Counted from the stretch's first letter, positions 1 through 12,387 are shown. The stretch is 32,167 bases of DNA from Isosphaeraceae bacterium (GCA_965201075.1 CBDAVP010000008.1:124001-156167), one strand, 5' to 3'. A program made the numbers and translations. The notes: generated by a model from the sequence alone, not told the origin.

Positions 1-105
1 CAGGACCGTGATCGACTCGGCATTATAGACCCCAACAGCCATCAGATTCCCCCTCTCGCACCGGAGGCCGCGAGTCGAGTCCACTCTCCACCCCCAGTCC
101 ATCCT

Positions 106-885
106 TCAGGACGTCTCCGAGACCGGTGGGCCGCCGCCCCCATCAGAGGGTTCCGCCGACGGGTGGTGGCCCAGCAAGGCGCGCAGCCGAATGACCTCAT
201 CGGCCAGAAGCTTGGCCCGCTCGCGTTCGGCATCGGCCCGCTCGCGTTCGGCATCGGCCCGCTCGCGTTCGGCATCGGCCCGCTCCTGCTCTTCGGCGAG
301 AGCGTCGAACTTCTCCTCGTTCGTGAGGATCGGACGACCGGTCGCGGGATCCACCAGGCGGATCATCGTCCCTTCGGGGATCATTCTAAGCCCCAGCAAC
401 GGGCTGGTCAGGCCACCATCCGCGTCGGTCAGCAGAAGTTGGTAAGCTCCATCATGCAGCCGAAACCCCAGGAACGGCGGATTCAGGATCTCTCCCAGCG
501 GGTCGAACAGGTAATATTCCGAGACACCCAATCGCGCGTACAATTCGCGCTTCGGCCCCAGATCTTCCCGCACGGTCTGGGGCGACGACAGCTCGACGAT
601 CACCGAGGGGACGGCCCCCTCCTCCCACGTCTTGAAAATATTCCGTGTGTGCTTAGGCACGCCGAAGATCACCATGATGTCGGGCGCCCGGTTCTTCCTC
701 GGCTCTCCCTCGGCGTAGTAGAGAAACATATTGGAAGCCACGTACACGTCGTTGCGACGGGCGAAATGTTCACGAAGGCCTCCCAGCAGGGCGAACATCG
801 ACGTGATATGCCAGTCGGTTTCGCCCAAGGGTGCACCGTCGGAATGGGGATATTCGATCGCCTCGGCGATGGCGGACGGGTTCAT
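106..885 (-). CDS. Uma2/DUF820 family putative restriction endonuclease with C-terminal coiled-coil repeat
   Basis: Motifs YPHSDGAPLGETDWH, APDIMVIFGV, PSVIVELSSPQT..EDLGPKRELYARLGVSEYYLFDP, plus an ERERADA-repeat tail typical of this family. Confidence 0.9.
   Translation of the reverse strand: MNPSAIAEAIEYPHSDGAPLGETDWHITSMFALLGGLREHFARRNDVYVASNMFLYYAEGEPRKNRAPDIMVIFGVPKHTRNIFKTWEEGAVPSVIVELSSPQTVREDLGPKRELYARLGVSEYYLFDPLGEILNPPFLGFRLHDGAYQLLLTDADGGLTSPLLGLRMIPEGTMIRLVDPATGRPILTNEEKFDALAEEQERADAERERADAERERADAERERAKLLADEVIRLRALLGHHPSAEPSDGGGGPPVSETS
214..285. repeat. 21-bp tandem repeat (ggcccgctcgcgttcggcatc x3 plus a partial copy) encoding ERADAER heptads
   Basis: Three exact copies start at 214, 235 and 256; a partial copy spans 277-285. 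Confidence 0.95.
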
Positions 886-918
886 GGACGAGTCCTCCGG
901 ATCGAGTCGGCCCCGAGA

Positions 919-3378
<2,460 letters not shown>

Positions 3379-3539
3379 CGATCCGCCCACCCCATCCTCA
3401 CGCCCTCCGCCCTCCGCCCTCGCATCCTTCGCGAGAGTCTACCCGCGGCCCGCGACCGCTGGCAAGAGCGAATACTGTACAAATCTTCCGATACGCGTCG
3501 GGTCTCATCCCTGGGGATCGGTCGGGAGGGTGTTCCGAA

Positions 3540-4370
3540 TCAAGTGGCTCGGTCGCCGTTCCTGGTGGGATCGAGGCGGGCGATCGCCTGTCGAGCTACC
3601 TCGTCAATGCCCGGCGAGGAGTCGAAGACCTCGACGGAAATCCAACGCTCGTAGGAGGATTCGCTCAATCCGCCGAGAACCATGGGCCAATCCGTCGGGC
3701 CGAATCCGGGCCCTCGGCCGTCGGGTTCTTGAATGTGGACGTGTCCGGCCACCGCCCCATAGTGGCGAAATAACCCGGGGACGGACCCCTCGGGGTCGGT
3801 CGTCTGGGCCTTCACGTCCAACTGGAGGAGCAGCGACGGGTGATTCAAGGAGTCAATCAGCGTGTTGGCCTGGCCGATCGTGTTCAGAAAATCGGTTTCC
3901 GCTGGCCCCAGAGGTTCCAGGCAAAGGTCAACCCCGGCCGCGCCGATCGTCGGCAGGGCCCTCCCCAGCACTTCGGCCGCGTACCCGTACCCATCGTCCA
4001 ACGCCACCCCCGGCAGGAGGTTACGCTGCTTGGGTGAGCCCAGGACCATGACGGACCCGCCCAGCTCCGCACAGGCTTCGCCCAGCGCCCGGAGATAGTC
4101 GGCCGTGCGTTGGCGGACCTCTCGATCGGGGTGCGTGAGATGGAATCCTTCGGTTTTCGCCAGTAGCCAGTGAAGACCGACGACCGCCAGCCCTTCCCCC
4201 TCGACGGTCGACCTGACGGCACGCAGGTCGCTGGCCGAAAGATCGGTGATCCGACTCGCCAGGGTAAAGGGAGCGAGCTCAATCCCGTCGTAACCCAACG
4301 CCTTGACGTCTCGACAGATGCGCCGCAGATCACGTCCCTCGAACATCTCGTTGCAGATCGCCAGGCGCAT
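3540..4370 (-). CDS. Sugar phosphate isomerase/epimerase (xylose isomerase-like TIM barrel, D-tagatose 3-epimerase-like)
   Basis: GYDGIELAPF, CLEPL, LQLDVKA, HVHIQE..GRGPG.G and WISVEVFD metal-ligand pattern. Confidence 0.88.
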   Translation of the reverse strand: MRLAICNEMFEGRDLRRICRDVKALGYDGIELAPFTLASRITDLSASDLRAVRSTVEGEGLAVVGLHWLLAKTEGFHLTHPDREVRQRTADYLRALGEACAELGGSVMVLGSPKQRNLLPGVALDDGYGYAAEVLGRALPTIGAAGVDLCLEPLGPAETDFLNTIGQANTLIDSLNHPSLLLQLDVKAQTTDPEGSVPGLFRHYGAVAGHVHIQEPDGRGPGFGPTDWPMVLGGLSESSYERWISVEVFDSSPGIDEVARQAIARLDPTRNGDRAT

Positions 4371-4385
4371 CGATAATACCTCCGC

Positions 4386-5246
4386 TCAGTCCACGCCGCG
4401 GGCGGCTTGGAGGGTGTTTCGCAGGAGCATGGCGATCGTCAAAGGGCCGACTCCGCCAGGCACCGGGGTCAGCCAGCCGGCGACCTCGGCGACGTTCGGG
4501 TTGACGTCTCCGCATAGTTTGCCGTCGTCGCCACGGTGGATGCCCACGTCGATGACCACCGCTCCCGGCTTGACCCACTCGGCCGAAACGGCTCGGGCCT
4601 GACCCATCGCGACGATCAGGATGTCGGCCTCTCGGGCGATCGCCGTGGGATTAGGCGTGCCGGTGTGGCAAACCGTCACCGTCGCATCCCCCCCCGGCCC
4701 TTTCTGCATCAGGAGTAAGGCCATGGGCTTGCCGACAATGTTGGATCGCCCCAGCACCACGGCTCTAGCTCCTCGCGTGGTGATCCCCGACGCGATCAGC
4801 AACCCCCGTACCCCCAAGGGCGTGCAAGGGACGAATCGGGGCGACCCGATCGCCAACCGCCCAGCGTTCTCGGGGTGGAAGCCGTCGACGTCCTTGCAAG
4901 GGTCAATTCTTTCGATTACCGCCGCGTCCGAAATTTGCGGGGGGAGGGGGAGTTGGACCAGGATGCCGTCGACCGAGGGGTCCGCGTTGAGACGATCAAT
5001 TCTGGCCAAAAGCTGTTCTTGAGAAACATCTTGCGGCAGTCGGATGATGTCGCCGCGCATCCCAGAGGCCAAGCAGGCTGCCTCCTTGTTGCGGACGTAA
5101 ACCTGGCTGGCCGCGACGTCGCCCACCAGCACCGCGGTCAGCCCGGGAACTCGACCCGTTTGCTGTCGAAGGACCTCGACCTCGCGAGCGATATCTTCCC
5201 GGATCGTCCTCGCAAGGCGTTTACCGTCCAGGATTTGGGCCGCCAC
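4386..5246 (-). CDS. folD: Bifunctional methylenetetrahydrofolate dehydrogenase/cyclohydrolase
   Basis: ILDGK, YVRNK, GILVQLPLP, KDVDGFHPEN, PCTP.G, GRSNIVGKP, TPVPGGVGPLTIAMLLRNT. Confidence 0.97.
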   Translation of the reverse strand: MAAQILDGKRLARTIREDIAREVEVLRQQTGRVPGLTAVLVGDVAASQVYVRNKEAACLASGMRGDIIRLPQDVSQEQLLARIDRLNADPSVDGILVQLPLPPQISDAAVIERIDPCKDVDGFHPENAGRLAIGSPRFVPCTPLGVRGLLIASGITTRGARAVVLGRSNIVGKPMALLLMQKGPGGDATVTVCHTGTPNPTAIAREADILIVAMGQARAVSAEWVKPGAVVIDVGIHRGDDGKLCGDVNPNVAEVAGWLTPVPGGVGPLTIAMLLRNTLQAARGVD

Positions 5247-5627
5247 GGATCACCTCGATCGCCGAATCGAAAAAAACGGATTCACGCCTAGGATTTCGCC
5301 CGGGTAGCTCATCCTAACGCTCGGGAGGCGGGTCGGGAATGACCCCTTCAATCCGAGTTTTCGATGAAATCCCGACAATCCCTACAGTTGAGATTCGCCT
5401 GTTCCGATGGATAAGGAGACAAACTCGCGATCGAATACCGGAAACTTCCCGGCGCGCTGGTGCTTGAGCCAGACCCGTCATGTCTCTCCCGCGGTCTTCG
5501 CCCTGAGGAAGACCGGCGTGACCGACTCGGAGGTTCCAGACCGTTCGCTGGGTGACCGATGCGTAGGAGGGGGGGTCGCAGGATGGCGACCGCTCGTGAC
5601 CCCGGATTCCCAGGGGGAGTGACAGAC

Positions 5628-7415
5628 ATGAGGTCTCCGAAAGGGTTCCGAGCGGCCAGGACGGCCGGTCTTGGCCTGGCCCTCGCGGTCGGGATCGGCA
5701 TCGCCTCGCCGGCCCTGGCTCAAATCACACCCGAACAACCGCCCGACGCCGCGCCGCCGACGCCCAGCGCCAACGTGCCGCCCCCCCCGGCACCCGAGGA
5801 TGCTGCCCCAGTCAACCCCGCCGATATCCCCACCGCAGTCGACCCGGCCACCCGCGAGGCCCAACTGGAGGAACGCATCCGCCAGTTGGAGACGATGGTC
5901 AACACCCTGTCCGGGCAAGTCCAGTCGATTCAAGGAGCCCCTGACGGCGCGGTCGAGGGACCCAACATCGGTGGAGGGGCCGATGGCGCCGCCGCCAGCG
6001 TTGACCTCGGCGGGCCGGGCGGGGCCCTGGGCGGCCCGGCGGGCCGGTCCGACATCGGGGCGACGGCCGGTGGGCCAAACTCCGGCGTCAGCGCCCGCAC
6101 GAACCAGAGCGCCTCCGGCGGCGCCCTCGCGCCCGGTCAGGGCACTCCGCCCAACCCGGCGCCGTCGGACCGCTTCCGCATGCCGGCCAAAAACCTGAAC
6201 AAGGCCATCACCGGCAAGTTCGGGCCCGGCTTCGAGTTCAAGACCGAGGACGAGGAATACGTCCTCCAGTTCCACAACTTGACGCAAATCGACTTCCGTG
6301 GTTACGAACAGGGTGGCCAGACCCCGGTTCACGACACGTTCGCCATCCCCCGCCAATGGTTCATGTTCAGTGGTCGACTGGGCAAGCCCTACGAATATTT
6401 CGTCTCGATCCAGGATGCCTTTGACACGATCCTGCCCCTGGACATCTTCTTTAACGTCCACTACGACGACCGTGTCCAGTTCAAGGTCGGCCGCTACAAA
6501 ACGCCCTTCACGTATGAATTTTACAGCCTGCCGATTCAGGGGCTCATCAACCCCGAACGGTCGCTGTTCTTCAACAACTTCGCCCTCAACCGTGAAGTCG
6601 GGGCCACCGTTTGGGGCCGACTCTTCGACAAGACGACCGACTATGCCGTGGGCGTCTTCAACCAAACTCAGAACGGCAACCTCGACACCAGCGACGGTAA
6701 GGCGGTGCTGTCTTACCTGAACTTCAAACCGTTCATCAACAACCAGGGCTCGTGGCTCGAAAACCTGAACTTCGGCGGCTCTGTGGACACGGGCAACCAG
6801 TACTCGACACCCGGCGGCCCGGTGCCCACGTCTCTGCGCACGGCGATCGCCACGACCGGCAACTCGATCATCGGCGTGCCGTTCCTGACCTACAACAGCA
6901 ACGTCCGCCAGGCCGGCTGGCATGCCTTCTGGGACCTGCACGCGGCGTACTACTACAAGCAACTGTCCCTTATCGGCGAGTGGCAGAGCGGGTTCCAGGA
7001 CTACGCCCTGTCCACCAGCCTCAACAACAAGACCCACCTGCCGATCGACAGCTTTTACCTGCAGGGCGGTTACTTCCTGACGGGCGAGACGGTCTCGCAG
7101 CGGGGCGTTGTCAAGCCTCTACACGACTTCGACCTTCGGCCCGGCAAGCGAGGCATCGGGGCTTGGGAAGCCACGACCCGATACAACGTGCTGTCCATCA
7201 ACAACCAGGTTTTCACCAGCGGGCTGGCCGACCCGAATCTCAACGCCAACCGCGTGCAGACGGTCGATGTCGGGCTTAACTGGACCTGGAACCAGTATGT
7301 GAAGATGTACTTTACCTGGCAGCACGCCATGTTCAATAACCCGGTCGTCTTTGCTCCGGGTCGCGAGCAAGTGACCAGCGACCTGTTCCTGGTCCGCTGG
7401 CAATTGTTCTTCTGA
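5628..7415 (+). CDS. Outer-membrane porin, OprO/OprP (phosphate-selective porin-like) family
   Basis: Signal peptide ending ALA-Q, Pro/Gly-rich and coiled-coil N-terminal region, GRYKTPFTYE / PERSLF motif, amphipathic beta-strands, VDVGLNWTWN, C-terminal Phe. GGGGGAG lies upstream of ATG 5628. Confidence 0.8.
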   Translation: MRSPKGFRAARTAGLGLALAVGIGIASPALAQITPEQPPDAAPPTPSANVPPPPAPEDAAPVNPADIPTAVDPATREAQLEERIRQLETMVNTLSGQVQSIQGAPDGAVEGPNIGGGADGAAASVDLGGPGGALGGPAGRSDIGATAGGPNSGVSARTNQSASGGALAPGQGTPPNPAPSDRFRMPAKNLNKAITGKFGPGFEFKTEDEEYVLQFHNLTQIDFRGYEQGGQTPVHDTFAIPRQWFMFSGRLGKPYEYFVSIQDAFDTILPLDIFFNVHYDDRVQFKVGRYKTPFTYEFYSLPIQGLINPERSLFFNNFALNREVGATVWGRLFDKTTDYAVGVFNQTQNGNLDTSDGKAVLSYLNFKPFINNQGSWLENLNFGGSVDTGNQYSTPGGPVPTSLRTAIATTGNSIIGVPFLTYNSNVRQAGWHAFWDLHAAYYYKQLSLIGEWQSGFQDYALSTSLNNKTHLPIDSFYLQGGYFLTGETVSQRGVVKPLHDFDLRPGKRGIGAWEATTRYNVLSINNQVFTSGLADPNLNANRVQTVDVGLNWTWNQYVKMYFTWQHAMFNNPVVFAPGREQVTSDLFLVRWQLFF

Positions 7416-7446
7416 TCGAGGTGGCCTGACTTCGCAAACACACGAA

Positions 7447-7482
7447 TGGGGCCGTCGACGCGAAGCGGCGTCGATGGCCCCA
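7447..7482 (+). terminator. Strong stem-loop downstream of the porin (terminator or mRNA-stabilising hairpin)
   Basis: tggggccgtcgacgc-gaagcg-gcgtcgatggcccca: 15-bp stem with one G-U pair. The U-tract is a few nt displaced. Confidence 0.55.
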
Positions 7483-7564
7483 GGCCCTTTTCGCCACACA
7501 CAGCCGGCAGGAGTGTTCGTCGATGGACCATTTGACGCCTGCAAGCACTTCGTTGACGACGAGG

Positions 7565-7780
7565 ATGACCCGGCTGCTCCTGGCCGCGGCACTGGGGCTG
7601 GGCGGGACCGGCTGCGGCCTGCATGACACGTTCGTCCACCGAGACGGCCGCGCCATCAAGCCGTTCGGCACCGAAAGCGACCGGGCCCACGGACTTTCGT
7701 CGACCCTGGGGACTGACCTTTCCGAACTCAAGAGCGGCGAAAAGGCCCCCGACCCCGTCCCCGGCAGTGACCTCTGGTAA
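7565..7780 (+). CDS. Small putative lipoprotein
   Basis: MTRLLLAAALGLGGTG-C: hydrophobic leader ending in a lipobox-like GC. Start uncertain (7523 or 7565). Confidence 0.45.
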   Translation: MTRLLLAAALGLGGTGCGLHDTFVHRDGRAIKPFGTESDRAHGLSSTLGTDLSELKSGEKAPDPVPGSDLW

Positions 7781-7979
7781 CCGCGACGCCGTGTTGACCA
7801 GGGAGCGGCGGGCCGGGGGGAATACCGCCCGCGGGCTTCGGGTTCTACAATCGGTTGGAGAGCGTGGCCAAAGTCTCTCGATCCGAACCGGGACGGGGGC
7901 GGGCCCGTTGACGCTGATAGATCCGTGGTAGCCACGGCGAATGGATTCGCCCAGGGCTCACACCGGGGAGGGCAGGACG

Positions 7980-8564
7980 ATGCTCGGATCGTCGGACACG
8001 CAAACCTCGATCTCCCTGCTGGAGACCTTGCGCGAGGACCCTCGAAACGCGCAGGCCTGGCAGCGCTTCGTCGGCCGCTATCGGCCCAAGATTTACGGGT
8101 GGTGTCGGGAGTGGGGGCTTCAGGGGGCCGACGCTGAGGACGTTTCGCAGGACGTCCTGGCGAAACTGACGGCCAAGATGAATCGATTCGAGTACGACCC
8201 GAGCCGCTGCTTCCGCGCCTGGCTCAAGACGGTCACTCGCCGGACGCTGTGCGACGTGCTGGCCACCCGACGCCGGATGCCCGTGGGCCAGGACCCCGAG
8301 GCCCTGGCGTCCCAGGCTCAGCCCCGAGACACTGACGGTAGCTTCGACCTGGAACTGGTCGACGTGGCGATGTTGCGGGTCAAGGCCCGGGTCGCCGCTT
8401 CGACCTGGGAAGCCTTCCGTCTGACGGCCGTGGACGGGCTGAGCGGGGCGGAGGCCGCCCAGCGGTTGCGCATCACGGTGGCCTCGGTGTTCGTTTCCAA
8501 GCACCGGGTCCAGAAGATGCTGGGGGCGGAGATTCGCCGCTTGCAAGGGCGCGACGACGCCTGA
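7980..8564 (+). CDS. ECF-family RNA polymerase sigma-70 factor
   Basis: AWQRFVGRY, DAEDVSQDV, FRAWLKTVTRR (region 2); TWEAFRLTAVDGLSGAEAAQRL (region 4 HTH). Alternative start at 7941. Confidence 0.92.
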   Translation: MLGSSDTQTSISLLETLREDPRNAQAWQRFVGRYRPKIYGWCREWGLQGADAEDVSQDVLAKLTAKMNRFEYDPSRCFRAWLKTVTRRTLCDVLATRRRMPVGQDPEALASQAQPRDTDGSFDLELVDVAMLRVKARVAASTWEAFRLTAVDGLSGAEAAQRLRITVASVFVSKHRVQKMLGAEIRRLQGRDDA

Positions 8565-8617
8565 TCGCTCGCTCGACGCACCTTGACGTCCGCCGCCGCC
8601 GATCGAGGTCCAACCGC

Positions 8618-9421
8618 ATGGATTCGCCTGAGTTGAGAATCGCCGAGGCCGCCGCCAGGGCCGGCGGCGAGGTCGTCGCCCGCTATTTCCGTGAAGGGGC
8701 GGCGATCCGGTCCAAGGACGTGGCCAACCTCGTCACCGACGCCGACGTCGAAGCCGAGCGCGTCGTCGTCGAGGTCATCCGCCGGCACCACCCCGGCCAC
8801 GCGATCATCGCCGAGGAGGCACACCAAGGGGATGCGGGGGCTGAGCATCTTTGGATCGTCGACCCGCTGGACGGGACGAACAACTTTGCCCATAAAATTC
8901 CCCATCTGGCCGTGTCGATCGCGTATTGCCGAGCCGGTCGGGTCGAGTGCGGGGTGATTTACAACCCGATCCGCAACGAGTGGTCGCGGACCGTGAGGGG
9001 ACAGGGGGCCGAGCAGGACGGACAGGTCGCCCGCGTGGCCGATCACGCGAGTCTGTCGGAAACGATCGTGGGAGTCGGATTTTACTACGACCGTGGCGCG
9101 ATGATGGAAGCGACCCTCGGGGCGATCGGCGACGTCATTCGCGCCGAGAGCCATGGTATCCGCCGGTTCGGCACCGCGGCGCTCGACCTTGTCATGGTGG
9201 GGACCGGGTTGCTGGGGGCCTATTTCGAGTACGAGCTTTCGCCGTGGGACTTCGCCGCCGGGCGATTGTTTGTCGAGGAAGCGGGGGGGCGTGTCACCAA
9301 TTGTTTGGGAGAGCCCCTGCCACTGACGGCCAAGTCGAGCATCCTGGCGACCAATGGGACGCTTCACGACCCGATGCTGGAGATTGCCCGCCGGCATCAC
9401 CTTGGCGAGCCCGGACGTTAA
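8618..9421 (+). CDS. suhB: Inositol monophosphatase family protein
   Basis: LVTDAD, AEE, WIVDPLDGTNNFAH, IRRFGTAALDL, WDFAAG.L.VEEAGG. Confidence 0.9.
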   Translation: MDSPELRIAEAAARAGGEVVARYFREGAAIRSKDVANLVTDADVEAERVVVEVIRRHHPGHAIIAEEAHQGDAGAEHLWIVDPLDGTNNFAHKIPHLAVSIAYCRAGRVECGVIYNPIRNEWSRTVRGQGAEQDGQVARVADHASLSETIVGVGFYYDRGAMMEATLGAIGDVIRAESHGIRRFGTAALDLVMVGTGLLGAYFEYELSPWDFAAGRLFVEEAGGRVTNCLGEPLPLTAKSSILATNGTLHDPMLEIARRHHLGEPGR

Positions 9422-9445
9422 GCGGAGATTCGGCGTGGCCCGCCG

Positions 9446-10633
9446 TCAGTCCTGGACGACCCTGGAGCCTCGGCCCGTTGCTGGCTTGGCGGCCTGGGAC
9501 TTGGGGGTTCCAACGGCGGGTGTCGTGGTGGTCGGGGTCGCATTGGGGTTGGGGTTGGATCCTGGACCTCCCGGCCATTGGGGGCGGAGGACCGAGACGT
9601 CGAACTCCTTGCCGAGCATCTTGTTGAACGCCAGCTTCTGATTCTTCCGCAGAATTTTCCCGACCTGCTTCTCGGCGGTGCTGTCCAGGGCTTCCATCTT
9701 GGTACGCATCTCGTCGAACCGGGCGCGGACGGCCGGATCGTTGAGGTCGGGGAAGCCACCCCCTCGGCCCCCTCGGCCCCCGTTGCCGCCGGGACCATTG
9801 TTGCCGCCGTTCCCACCGGGTCCGTTGTTGCCGCCGGGTCCGCCGTTGCCACCGGTTCCGGCGTTGTCGGGTGCGGCGCCTGGATTGTCGCCGTTGTTCC
9901 CGTTGCGCCTGCGTCCGCCGTTGCCCGCAGGCGGGCCTCCGGCGTCGTCGCCTCTGGGACGATTGGCCCATTGGGCTCGGAACAGGTCGCGACGAGATTG
10001 GTCGCGTTGGGCGACCACCTCATGGACCATCTCCTGTTGCTCCTCGCTCATGTTAAGTTTCTGGGCGATGTCGTCGCGGGCGACGGCCAGGACGCCTTGC
10101 GCCTGGAGGGCGATCTGGTCGAGGCGAATGCGTTGAGTTTTATCAAGGATTTTCGCCAGCGACTGCAGGGCCGTCTGCTGGAACTCTTCCATCGCGGCCC
10201 GCATCGCCTCGCGGTCGAATCCGCCTCGACCTCGCCCCTGGCCTCCTCCGCCACCATTATCGCCGCCATTCCCGTTGTTTCCACCGCCTCCCCCGTTGCC
10301 GAACCCCCCGTCCTCGCCATTGCCGTTGCCCTGATCCGGGTTGGCGGGACGGTTGCGCAGTTGCTCGAAAACCTGGCGACGCTGCTGGTCGACGGACTGG
10401 CGGAATTCGGTGAGCTTGGCCTTTTGCTTATCGTTGAGCTTTAGCTCGTCCTGAACCGCGGCGATCTGGATCAGGCTCAAGGGGTCGGTGCCGAAACCTG
10501 GTCCGCCGGGACCGCCGCCGGGCCCCCCCCGCCCGCCTCCCGGACCCTGGGCGTGGGCTTGGTTGCCGCCGAGGAGCAGGATCACGAAAAGGGCCAGGCC
10601 CAGGATGGGGCCACGAGCGGCGAGGCGTTCCAT
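9446..10633 (-). CDS. Exported Gly/Asn-rich hypothetical protein with two Spy/CpxP-like (LTxxQ-type) helical modules
   Basis: Signal peptide ending AHA-Q. Repeated modules VQDELKLNDKQK...LAKILDKTQ and IAQKLNMSEEQQ...VGKILRKNQ are separated by GN/GGRG low-complexity linkers. Confidence 0.75.
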   Translation of the reverse strand: MERLAARGPILGLALFVILLLGGNQAHAQGPGGGRGGPGGGPGGPGFGTDPLSLIQIAAVQDELKLNDKQKAKLTEFRQSVDQQRRQVFEQLRNRPANPDQGNGNGEDGGFGNGGGGGNNGNGGDNGGGGGQGRGRGGFDREAMRAAMEEFQQTALQSLAKILDKTQRIRLDQIALQAQGVLAVARDDIAQKLNMSEEQQEMVHEVVAQRDQSRRDLFRAQWANRPRGDDAGGPPAGNGGRRRNGNNGDNPGAAPDNAGTGGNGGPGGNNGPGGNGGNNGPGGNGGRGGRGGGFPDLNDPAVRARFDEMRTKMEALDSTAEKQVGKILRKNQKLAFNKMLGKEFDVSVLRPQWPGGPGSNPNPNATPTTTTPAVGTPKSQAAKPATGRGSRVVQD

Positions 10634-10782
10634 GTCAGGCTCCCGTTACGGCAAGGCGCCCCTCGGATGTGGCGATCCCGAGGGAGGGGGGACGGGCCGT
10701 GAGTTCGACTCATCCCCATGAGCGCCAGCTTCTCCAAGTCTGGCCAGTCATTCCTGAGCGAACCCGAGGATTTCCTCAAGTT

Positions 10783-11709
10783 TCAGGGGTGATTCCGAGC
10801 TGCGCTTTCGTGGATTCGGGCGAAGGTTCCCCGGATCTGGTCCACCGAACCAACGGTCAGGTCGAGGTCGTAGGCGAAGTCAAGCCCGGGCACTATGGCG
10901 AAATGGGTGAGCGGGGCGAGGTAGGAACAGGCCCCTTCCTTCGAGGAGTGCCGATCGGCATACCGGTAGCAGGTGAGGCGGTTGGCCATTGGGACAAAAA
11001 TCCCGAGGCCCTGGTCGTCCTTGTTCACGTAGGCCGCCCAGTGTTCGGTCATGCGTCGGGACTCGTTGGGCCAGCCGGGTCGGGAACGGCTGGGGGAGGC
11101 TTTAGTCCAGGGAGCGTCGCCGTCGTAGAGGACGAGGGTGTCGAGTTCGGGCTCGACAAAGAGGGCGGGGACTTCCTGGTCGGCGGGGGCGTGATGGGTC
11201 TTACCGTCATAGGTCATGCGGAAATGGACATGGACGATGTTGCCATCGAGGGTTACGTCGGTCTCCATGACGACTTCGGGCACATCGGAGCAGGCGGCCC
11301 AATTGCGGGGCCGGGCACGGGCGTGAAGGCGGTTGGGCTCGGCGTGAAATTCCAGAAGGGTCGAGGCCGTGCCCTTGTAATCGCCCCCCTGGACCGGATT
11401 CCAGCGCCAGGGCTGCTGCACCCAGAGGGAGCCGTCGGGATCGCCGTAATACGACTGCTGGATGAGTCGACCGCGATCGAAGTGGTTCAGCAGATTACGC
11501 TTCGAGACACTGGGAGACAGATAGGCGATCGCCCCGCCGGAGGATTTGAGGACCCCCAGGCGGAGCGTGCCGTTGTCGAGAAAGGCCCAGTCCTCGCCCT
11601 CCTCGGCTCGGGTGGTCTCGTGGCCTACAAGGAACAACCCGAGGGCGAGGACCAGCAGGCCAACCGATTGGAGGCCGGACCGGTGGCGGCGGGGCAAACG
11701 GTAGGTCAT
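10783..11709 (-). CDS. Exported hypothetical protein (aromatic, beta-rich)
   Basis: Signal peptide, high-GC3 codon usage, Trp/Tyr-rich motifs (GRLIQQSYYG, WRWNPVQGGD). ATGA overlap with the stop of the upstream gene. Confidence 0.75.
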   Translation of the reverse strand: MTYRLPRRHRSGLQSVGLLVLALGLFLVGHETTRAEEGEDWAFLDNGTLRLGVLKSSGGAIAYLSPSVSKRNLLNHFDRGRLIQQSYYGDPDGSLWVQQPWRWNPVQGGDYKGTASTLLEFHAEPNRLHARARPRNWAACSDVPEVVMETDVTLDGNIVHVHFRMTYDGKTHHAPADQEVPALFVEPELDTLVLYDGDAPWTKASPSRSRPGWPNESRRMTEHWAAYVNKDDQGLGIFVPMANRLTCYRYADRHSSKEGACSYLAPLTHFAIVPGLDFAYDLDLTVGSVDQIRGTFARIHESAARNHP

Positions 11710-12230
11710 TCGTCGTCGTCGTCGCGCTCAGGCTCCTCGTCGGCCTCCTCCTCCTCCTCGGCTTCCTCCTCGACCTCGGCCTCGGCCTCCTCGTCATCCT
11801 CGGCCGCCTTGACGACGACGGGGGTCGGTTCGGGTATGGGTCGGGGAATCTCGGCGCCGATGCCCGGAGCATTGTCGGGCATGGGCTCCTTGACCTTCTG
11901 GAGGAAGTGGGTGCCCTTGCCCTTGGCCGTCAGTTCGGCGGCGCGGGCCTCGGCGGCGGCCTTGTCGGCGAAGGGGAAGGTGCCGACGGTCTTGAAGGCG
12001 TCGTTCACCACGGCCCAGACGATACGCATCCGGGCGGCGGGCTTGGGAGCCTTGACCGCCTTGACCTTGGGCTTGGCCGGGGCTTTCTTCTTCTTGGGTT
12101 TCTTTTCGGATTCTTCGGAGTCCTCGGCGTCTTCCGCGACGTCGTCGGCCTCATCCTCCATCGGGTCGATCGGTTCGGCGGCGTCGTACTGTCGGCGCAA
12201 CTCTAGCCGGTTCCGGGGTTTCCCTGCCAT
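11706..12230 (-). CDS. Hypothetical protein with acidic / Lys-Ala-Pro-rich / acidic blocks around a small folded core
   Basis: Strong GC3 bias. Core RMRIVWAVVNDAFKTVGTFPF...HFLQKVKEPM. ATG 12230 is preceded by GAGGG. Confidence 0.75.
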   Translation of the reverse strand: MAGKPRNRLELRRQYDAAEPIDPMEDEADDVAEDAEDSEESEKKPKKKKAPAKPKVKAVKAPKPAARMRIVWAVVNDAFKTVGTFPFADKAAAEARAAELTAKGKGTHFLQKVKEPMPDNAPGIGAEIPRPIPEPTPVVVKAAEDDEEAEAEVEEEAEEEEEADEEPERDDDDE

Positions 12231-12387
12231 GCCCGCACCCTCGCGCTTGCGTTTGGAATCGGCCGTGTCGTGACCGCCCGACGCGTCGCGTCGCATGGGG
12301 CTCGACGAGACGCCCGGGGGCCTCGGCACGATTCTAATGCGTCGGGAAGACTTTGGCCACAGGACGAAGGGGTGCGAGGGCTCAGTC

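Noticed and set aside
214..285. Short direct repeats as a possible CRISPR array
   Set aside because: Repeats are contiguous with no spacers and lie in frame within a CDS; no cas genes in the window.
5365..5390. ATCCCGACA/ATCCCTACA tandem repeat upstream of the porin as a Pho box
   Set aside because: 9-bp period and poor match to the 11-bp-period CTGTCAT consensus.
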